This document shows, piece after piece, positions 56,255 to 62,830 of a stretch of 62,830 bases of DNA. The notes beneath the pieces were generated by a model. That model was given only the letters and a program-made list of their open reading frames with translations. It was not told the DNA's origin and ran no database searches. The DNA lies in assembly GCA_964540715.1 (NCBI GenBank), contig CAZINZ010000004.1, forward strand, positions 1 to 62,830, in the 5' to 3' direction. Position numbers and translations under genes: made by a program. The DNA is from an uncultured Syntrophaceae bacterium. GTDB taxonomy: Bacteria; Desulfobacterota; Syntrophia; Syntrophales; UBA2210. The first letter of the stretch is position 1, and every line of letters starts with the position of its first letter.

Positions 56255-56973
56255 GAGACGAACTTCTGGAACTGACAAGTGCCCTGAAAAATCAGATAAT
56301 ATCCGAAAAAGAAGCAAGAAGTGGCCTTTACGGTAAGTTGTACATAAAAGGAAATTCGGGTGCATTAACATCCGCGCCTGTTGATACCGCGGTGAACAAC
56401 AGTGTGGCTCATGTTCCATCCATCACGCTGGAGGATATAGAAAAAGAACTCGGGGACTGCAAAAGGTGCAAATTGCACAGTGAAAGGCACCACATTGTCT
56501 TCGGAGAGGGCAGCTCCACCTCCGACCTTGTACTTGTCGGTGAGGCGCCGGGAAGAGACGAAGACATGCGGGGGAAACCCTTTGTGGGCCGGGCCGGGCA
56601 GCTGCTTACTGACATTATAAAGGCCATGGGGCTGGAGAGGAAAGATGTGTATATATGCAATATATTAAAATGCCGTCCCCCAAAAAATCGCAACCCGGAG
56701 CCTGATGAGATCGCCGCGTGTGAGCCCTTTTTGATCAAACAGCTTGATGTCATACAACCTCGCGTTATTTGTGCGATGGGTAAATTTGCGGCTCAGACCC
56801 TTCTCAAGACAGGCACAGCCATCTCCATGCTGCGTGGCAGATTTCATTCCTATCACGGGATAAAACTGATGCCTACATACCATCCTGCTTACCTTCTGAG
56901 GAATCCCGGAGCAAAGAAACACGTCTGGGAAGATGTGCAGATGATAATGGAAGATTTTAAGCAGAAGGCATAA
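56251..56973 (+). CDS. udg: Uracil-DNA glycosylase, family 4
   Basis: Fe-S 'CKRCKL', 'GEAPG', 'FVGRAG', 'KCRPPKNRNP', 'HPAYLLR'. Confidence 0.93.
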   Translation: MRDELLELTSALKNQIISEKEARSGLYGKLYIKGNSGALTSAPVDTAVNNSVAHVPSITLEDIEKELGDCKRCKLHSERHHIVFGEGSSTSDLVLVGEAPGRDEDMRGKPFVGRAGQLLTDIIKAMGLERKDVYICNILKCRPPKNRNPEPDEIAACEPFLIKQLDVIQPRVICAMGKFAAQTLLKTGTAISMLRGRFHSYHGIKLMPTYHPAYLLRNPGAKKHVWEDVQMIMEDFKQKA

Positions 56974-57053
56974 GGCGGGAATCATGAAGCAAAAGATCCC
57001 CAATATGCCGTTTCGGAAAAGCAGGAATCCGGATATATTATCGGGAGGACTCC

Positions 57054-58361
57054 ATGAAAAATAGAATACGTCCATATTTTGTCTTATTTATGACTATTTT
57101 ACTTCTTATCGCTGCTGGAGCGGTGCAATCATTTGGTGAGGATGAAAAAAGTGTCTTTGATGTGGTTACAATCGATTCGGCTATTACCCCTCCAGTCGCG
57201 AACCATATTATAAAGAGTATAGACCTGTCATATGAGGACAATTCCGCCGGGGTCATAATCCTTCTGGACACCCCGGGCGGGCTTGATCTGGCCATGAGGG
57301 ACATAGTTAAGAAACTTTTGAACCCTCCGTTGCCTGTCATTGTATTCGTTTATCCTTCCGGAGCACGTGCGGCGTCCGCCGGGGTTATGATAACCATGTC
57401 GGCCCCCGTGGCAGCCATGGCCCCCGGAACAAACATAGGTGCCGCTCACCCGGTGGCAATGGGTGTCGGCGGCAAAATGGATGATACAATGGCGAAAAAG
57501 GTTGAAAATGACGCTATTGCCTACGCCAGAGGAATTGCAAATAAGAGGGTGCGCAACGCAGATTGGGCCGAGAAGGCCGTAAAAGAGAGCGTCTCCATCA
57601 CGGCTAAGAGAGCCCTCGAATTGAATGTTATTGACGTAATCGCTTCGGATATTGAAGATCTGTTGAAAAAGATAGACGGAACGACGATTCTCCTCCCGTC
57701 GGGAAATATGACCCTTGATACGAAAGGGGCCGTCATCAATAAACGGGATATGGGATTACGGGAGAGAATCCTTGTGACCCTGAGCAATCCAAATATAGCC
57801 TATCTCCTGATGATGATAGGGCTGGCCGGTCTCTATTTTGAATTTTCCAATCCGGGTGCGATTCTGCCCGGTGTTGTCGGGGCGATTTCACTTATATTAG
57901 CCTTCTTTGCCATGCAGACTCTTCCCGTGAATTATGCCGGTGTTGCACTGATAATTTTCGGTATAATCCTCTTTATCGCGGAGATAAAGATAGTAAGCCA
58001 CGGCATGCTAAGCGTGGCTGGTGTTATTTCCCTTGTCCTTGGTTCTGTTTTGTTATTTGATTCTTCCGTCCCGGCTCTCAGGGTATCGTTTAGTGTTATG
58101 ATTCCAACAATACTCATAGTATCACTTTTCTTTATTGCAGTTGTGTCACTTGCTGTGAAGGCCCAGTTGACGAAGCCTTTCACGGGTAAAGAGGGTATGA
58201 TCGGCCGGGAAGGGACAACAATAACCCCAGTACAGGCTGATGGAAAGGTGCTTATAAAAGGAGAACGATGGAATGCCTCATGTGGGAAATTGATAGAGGA
58301 AGGGGCGGACGTACGCGTAATCAGTGTCAAGGGATTAAATCTTGTGGTGGAAAAGATTTAA
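57054..58361 (+). CDS. nfeD: NfeD-family membrane-bound serine protease (long form)
   Basis: 'LDTPGG', 'AASAG', 'PGTNIGAAHPV', TM region, C-terminal OB fold 'GERWNA'. Confidence 0.93.
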   Translation: MKNRIRPYFVLFMTILLLIAAGAVQSFGEDEKSVFDVVTIDSAITPPVANHIIKSIDLSYEDNSAGVIILLDTPGGLDLAMRDIVKKLLNPPLPVIVFVYPSGARAASAGVMITMSAPVAAMAPGTNIGAAHPVAMGVGGKMDDTMAKKVENDAIAYARGIANKRVRNADWAEKAVKESVSITAKRALELNVIDVIASDIEDLLKKIDGTTILLPSGNMTLDTKGAVINKRDMGLRERILVTLSNPNIAYLLMMIGLAGLYFEFSNPGAILPGVVGAISLILAFFAMQTLPVNYAGVALIIFGIILFIAEIKIVSHGMLSVAGVISLVLGSVLLFDSSVPALRVSFSVMIPTILIVSLFFIAVVSLAVKAQLTKPFTGKEGMIGREGTTITPVQADGKVLIKGERWNASCGKLIEEGADVRVISVKGLNLVVEKI

Positions 58362-58391
58362 AAATATAGAATACATACAGGAGGGTAAGAT

Positions 58392-59147
58392 ATGTACACA
58401 TTAATTACATTGGTTGTCCTGGTAGTGATGTTCCTCGCTGCCGCGATAAGGGTGCTCAACGAGTACGAAAGAGGCGTGATATTTCGTTTGGGGAGGATTA
58501 TAGCCACTAAGGGGCCCGGTCTTATCATTCTGATACCAGTAATAGACAGGATGGTAAAGGTGGACATGAGGATCATAACGATGGATGTTCCTCCTCAGGA
58601 TGTGATAACGAGGGACAACGTATCCATCAAGGTAAACGCGGTGATTTACTTCAGGGTACTGACGGCCAACAGCGCCGTCATTGAGGTTGAAAACTTCCTC
58701 TACGCCACATCCCAGTTAGCGCAGACCACCCTGAGGAGTGTCTGCGGGCAGGTTGAACTCGACGAACTCCTCGCCGAGCGGGAAAAGATAAATGCCCAGC
58801 TGCAGGAAATACTCGATCGAAGCACCGACCCGTGGGGGATAAAGGTGTCGACCGTTGAGGTTAAGCACATTGACCTCCCACAGGAAATGCAGCGTGCGAT
58901 GGCGAAACAGGCAGAGGCCGAAAGAGAAAGAAGGGCAAAGGTCATCAGCGCGGAGGGAGAATTCCAGGCCGCGACGAAGCTTACAGCAGCGGGTAAAATG
59001 ATGGCAGAACAGCCAATATCGCTGCAACTCCGCTACCTCCAGACACTTGCAGTAGTGGCAGCGGAAAACAATTCGACGACACTCTTTCCCATACCGATCG
59101 ACCTGTTCAAACCCTTTATGGAGCTTGCGCAAAAGAAGGGGAAATAG
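58392..59147 (+). CDS. SPFH/stomatin-family protein
   Basis: '[12 protein letters not shown]', 'QDVITRDNV', 'AQTTLRS', '[10 protein letters not shown]', 'LQLRYLQTL'. Confidence 0.95.
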   Translation: MYTLITLVVLVVMFLAAAIRVLNEYERGVIFRLGRIIATKGPGLIILIPVIDRMVKVDMRIITMDVPPQDVITRDNVSIKVNAVIYFRVLTANSAVIEVENFLYATSQLAQTTLRSVCGQVELDELLAEREKINAQLQEILDRSTDPWGIKVSTVEVKHIDLPQEMQRAMAKQAEAERERRAKVISAEGEFQAATKLTAAGKMMAEQPISLQLRYLQTLAVVAAENNSTTLFPIPIDLFKPFMELAQKKGK

Positions 59148-59252
59148 AAAGAAAGTGCCGGGGGGCTATATAATATTCACGACGGGCATGGCCATGAAAT
59201 GAGATTGCCGTGATAAGTTCCGTGAAAATTTGGACCTTAGCAACGAGAGAAT

Positions 59253-60467
59253 ATGACTTTTAATGAACAGCAAGATAAATTATCATTTGAAGAACTCCTG
59301 AATGAAAGTGCCGGCGCAACGGGGTGGCTGGAGCCGGGAGAGCGGGTGGATCTGCCAATTGTTGACATTGGCTCCGACTGGGTCTTCCTGGGCCTGAGCG
59401 GAAAGAGTGACGCCCTCATCGATAAGAAGGAGCTTATCAATGAAAACGGGGACCTTCCGTTCAAGATAGGCGATACGATTGCTGCATATTTCATGTCGTC
59501 ACGGCAAGGCGAATATCTTTTTACTACGCAGATCACAACCGGTGAGGCGGGCCGGAACTACCTTGGTCATGCCTGGGATAACAAGATCCCTGTTGAGGGA
59601 TTGGTGGAAACGGAGACAAAAGGTGGATTCCGGGTCAAAATCGCGGGCGGAATGATGGCCTTTTGCCCGTATTCCCAGATGGGACTGCGGCGGGTGGAAG
59701 ATTCTTCCGAATATATGGGGCATCGAATGTCCTTTATCATTACGGAATATGGAGAGGATGGTCGGAATGTAGTCCTTTCCAACAGGGCCATACTGGAAGA
59801 GGAATTGCGCGAAAAGAAGGAAGAACTCAAGGAGAAATTGAGCGAGGGCATGAAGGTCACCGGGACGATCGCATCGATTCACGACTTTGGCGCCTTTATC
59901 GATATAGGCGGTATCCAGGGACTGCTCCCCATTTCGGAAATCGGATGGGCGCGAGTCGATGATATTAACGACATACTCTCCATCGGCCGGGAACTTGAAC
60001 TGGTGATTCTGAACCTTGACTGGGAAAATGACCGGGTGGCGCTCAGCCTCAAGGCGACCCTTCCCGATCCCTGGGATCAGGTTGAAAAAAAATATCCCGC
60101 AGGATCTTCCCATGTCGGAACGGTGGCGCGTCTGACTAAATTCGGAGCATTCGTGACCCTTGAAGGGGGCGTAGACGGGCTCATTCATATCTCAATGCTG
60201 GGTGGTGGAAAACGAATTAATCATCCTAATGAAGTGCTGGAACAGGGACAGGCCTTGGAGGTGACCGTTGAAGCGGTTGACCTTGAAAAAAAGCGAATTT
60301 CTTTGGCGCTGGAGCACGAAGAAAAGGTGGGAAATGAATCGGAAATGGCAGATGATTATCGTGAATACCTTCAAAATGCACCCACCTCGATGGGGACACT
60401 CGGTGATATTCTGCAAGACAAGCTTTCCCTTTTAGTAAAGAAGAAGAATGTAAAGAAAAGAAAGTGA
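59253..60467 (+). CDS. Ribosomal protein S1-like RNA-binding protein (about 4 S1 domains)
   Basis: S1 repeats 'AFCPYSQM', 'DFGAFIDIGGIQGLLPISEI', 'KFGAFVTLEGGVDGLIHISML'; 404 aa. Confidence 0.88.
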   Translation: MTFNEQQDKLSFEELLNESAGATGWLEPGERVDLPIVDIGSDWVFLGLSGKSDALIDKKELINENGDLPFKIGDTIAAYFMSSRQGEYLFTTQITTGEAGRNYLGHAWDNKIPVEGLVETETKGGFRVKIAGGMMAFCPYSQMGLRRVEDSSEYMGHRMSFIITEYGEDGRNVVLSNRAILEEELREKKEELKEKLSEGMKVTGTIASIHDFGAFIDIGGIQGLLPISEIGWARVDDINDILSIGRELELVILNLDWENDRVALSLKATLPDPWDQVEKKYPAGSSHVGTVARLTKFGAFVTLEGGVDGLIHISMLGGGKRINHPNEVLEQGQALEVTVEAVDLEKKRISLALEHEEKVGNESEMADDYREYLQNAPTSMGTLGDILQDKLSLLVKKKNVKKRK

Positions 60468-60734
60468 GAAAATAGTCCCGGCTCTTTATCTGGAAAATCC
60501 TGAAAACTACTTTACTTTCAGGGGTTGAAGTTCCTGGGTTCTCAACCATCTCATTGTTTCCGCTAAACCATCCGTGAAAGAAACCGGGAGATCCCACTGG
60601 AGTTCCCGGCTCGCCTTTTCTATGGAAAACTGTAGTCGAGAGCCGAGGCTCTTAACCGTATAAGTTGTCAGAAGGGGACGGGTCTTTAACCTTAATTGAG
60701 GTCAGAAATTTTCTATCGGGTTCAGAACCGGGTT

Positions 60735-61657
60735 CTAGAAAAGTGTAACGGCCCCTTCGCGATTCGGCTTCGGAACGAAATAGGAATTTTTTACCCGGAA
60801 GTAGCATCGCATCAAAAACAGCATCGGTTTGCGAACGGGATAGATTCTTTTCGGGAAAAACGTGATCTTGTTGAATTTTTCAAAACCCTCTATCATGTTG
60901 TTCGCATCCCACTCAATGACTTTCCCTGTCTGATCGAAATTCCATGTATTATATTTATCCGCCAGGTTCCTGTCACGGAAAATGACCCTGAAATGGAGCG
61001 GTCCCGAAATGACAAGCGGTTTCATGTCGTGCGCATCAAGTACCGCAGCCGCGGCTGTTTCCCTAAGTCTTTTCCTCCCATCAGAAAGATATTTGATGCT
61101 TTTCTCTCCTGATGTGTAGGTATTTTTTTGCTTATCAACGATAACCGATTTTGCCCAGGGAAGAGCATCAAGGGCCTGCCCTACCGCTATGTCTTCCCCT
61201 GAAACAAAACCTATCGGCACACCGAATTCACCGAGGTACGCGCCATAGACGTCCATCTCACAGGCAAGCTTTCCGTTTATCCTGACCTCGGAAAAAATCC
61301 CGTAATGGGTATGGGGGGGGGGAATGCATCAGGCGTACCCGATGCGGCGTGTATCGCCACATAAAAAATGAGATCATAATCTTCTACACTTCCGAAGAAT
61401 GATGGATTTACGAAATGTCCTCCCACGTAACTGGCGCGACTGTCCAACTTGTTAATCAGGCAATTAAATCCGACCTCATGAGTATCCTTTACAGTAACCC
61501 TGTCAGCCCCTCCGTCAAAGGCTCCACGGATCACATGGTTAACATCCTCGGTCAGGCACTCTCTGCCGTACACCCACTCGGGAGTTCCCATACGACATTG
61601 ACGCATGCGCCAGACACCAAAACTCCCCTCAATATCAGCAAATATCGCAACGTGCAT
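60735..61657 (-). pseudogene. M55 (DppA-like) D-aminopeptidase split at a C10 tract
   Basis: N-half 'ADIEG', 'VKDTH', 'HAASG'; C-half 'GVPIGFVSGE'. With 11 or 8 C instead of 10 (plus-strand G 61313-61322) the frames join as '..PHTHYGIFSEVRINGKLACEMDV'. Confidence 0.85.
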
Positions 61658-61787
61658 TCCGGTTCTGTTACCTCCATTTAGTACAATCTATTGACGGCGA
61701 GGATTTTTTAATGGTGTACGTAAATCTGATCCGTTGAGATACAGATTAATTTATTTAGGAGACTAACACCAGCAGCACCCGCCCTGT

Positions 61788-62486
61788 CTATTCGATCCGC
61801 ATCAGGGAGTTCCACCGTTCAAGCTCCGTCGCGACCGGAAGCCCGTTTTGTTTAAGAAAGGCGATAATGGCGGGGTCGTTGAATCTGAGATAGGGATTCA
61901 TTTGGCACTCTTCCGCCAGAGTAGAGAATACATGCGCCGGATTGTACTTTTCCAGAAACGAGTTGATTGCCTCGTTTTCAGGGTCAAGATATCGCGCGAA
62001 GATCAGCGAATCGCGCACATAATCATGCCCGGCATAGACGACCGTGGAATCAGGCAGGGCGAGCAGTTTTTTGATGGAATGATAATACCCCCGCAGATCT
62101 CCTGAAAAACAGTTTCCGATGGTCCCGTTGAAGAGGGTATCCCCGGTTATGATCAAGCTGTCCACCCGGAGGCAGATCGAGTCCTCCGTATGACCTGGTG
62201 TGTGATACACCTCGATTTTTTCATTATCCAATTCAATAATCTGGCCTGAACGCAGTGTCTGATTGTCTATGAAGGCCGCTCCGGTCTGGTCGATCAGTTC
62301 CCTGTTTTCGCTGGTATGGTCCATGTGCACGTGGGTATTAGTGACGATTTCCAGCTTCAAACCCTGCGACTTGATGAACGCGCACATTTCCTGTACGGCG
62401 CCGCCGTCTATGGCCAGGGCGGACCGTTCTGTGTACAGGACATACCCAAAATTATCTGCTGCATATCGAAACTGTTTGACGCGCAT
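61788..62486 (-). CDS. gloB: Hydroxyacylglutathione hydrolase (glyoxalase II)-like MBL-fold protein
   Basis: 'ADNFGY', 'THVHMDHT', 'HTPGHT', 'TGDTLF..GNC', 'YAGHDY', 'NPYLR'. Confidence 0.85.
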   Translation of the reverse strand: MRVKQFRYAADNFGYVLYTERSALAIDGGAVQEMCAFIKSQGLKLEIVTNTHVHMDHTSENRELIDQTGAAFIDNQTLRSGQIIELDNEKIEVYHTPGHTEDSICLRVDSLIITGDTLFNGTIGNCFSGDLRGYYHSIKKLLALPDSTVVYAGHDYVRDSLIFARYLDPENEAINSFLEKYNPAHVFSTLAEECQMNPYLRFNDPAIIAFLKQNGLPVATELERWNSLMRIE

Positions 62487-62830
62487 ACCCGCCTTCTTGT
62501 TGTTAAACTCCAGTATAGTGTATATATTGAGTGGTGAGGAGAGTATTTTCTTTCGCACCACATGGGACTGTGAGGGCTTTCATATTTCTTACGAATTACG
62601 GCAATTGATACCTCTTCTGAAGCTACCACTGTATAAAATGAAAACAAAGGAAAAATTTACAGAATGGCCCTCATTCAGGGTAAATTTCAGGGAGAGTATT
62701 CCTATATTAAACCTGTAATGGCTGGTGGAGAACTATGTACGTAAGTCTTACTAGATTTTGTCTTGTTTTTCTCCGCGGATAAGATATTATTGCGCCCATA
62801 ACAAATCAATATAACCCGGGGATGCATCCT

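Noticed and set aside
60560-60620. CTAAACCATCCG...CCGGCTCGCC resembling a deltaproteobacterial cGAMP/GEMM-Ib riboswitch
   Set aside because: CCATCC has no GGATGG partner, and the site is downstream of a stop codon; the CCGGGA/TCCCGG stem is better explained as a terminator-like hairpin.
1-62830. tRNA, rRNA, tmRNA, RNase P RNA, CRISPR arrays and transposase genes
   Set aside because: By-eye scan found no T-loop GTTCRA cloverleafs, no GAGGAAAGTCC, no regularly spaced repeats and no DDE or HUH ORFs; a tRNAscan/Infernal run would be needed to be definitive.

Overview
A 62.8-kb chromosomal segment of an anaerobic diderm bacterium. Protein style and gene order point to Desulfobacterota (former Deltaproteobacteria), possibly a Syntrophales-like lineage; this is an inference. 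Most of the window is housekeeping: a four-subunit 2-oxoacid:ferredoxin oxidoreductase operon, feoAB, a cold-shock gene, corC-lnt-prfB-mltD, phoH-HD-ybeY, mannose-class PTS IIA/IIB/IIC, rimI-pyrK-pyrD-lpd, miaA, xerD, kdsA-kdsC-lptCAB-rpoN-hpf-ptsN-rapZ, coaBC-udg and nfeD-SPFH. Accessory-looking patches lie between these. I found no tRNA, rRNA, CRISPR array or transposase. The most interesting signals are: (1) a secreted stand-alone beta-sandwich protein (18782-19441) behind a long structured leader, whose domain resembles, from memory, modules of cnidarian extracellular proteins and GH32-associated domains; (2) a non-coding cassette bounded by an exact 45-bp direct repeat (4797-5319), holding a 12-bp inverted-repeat element and an orphan terminator, next to a truncated metallo-beta-lactamase-fold gene; (3) a sphingosine-1-phosphate-lyase-like PLP enzyme paired with a DUF819 membrane protein and followed by a decayed Cys-rich mini-gene; (4) a membrane protein / Tat sulfatase / anSME locus with a nested hairpin leader; (5) a sigma54 -24/-12 site overlapping a sigma70 promoter ahead of lptCAB-rpoN. 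Three genes (corC, MATE, M55 peptidase) are broken exactly at homopolymer runs. This is either assembly indel error or slippage/phase variation and cannot be resolved from the sequence alone. All family assignments come from motif recognition, not database searches.
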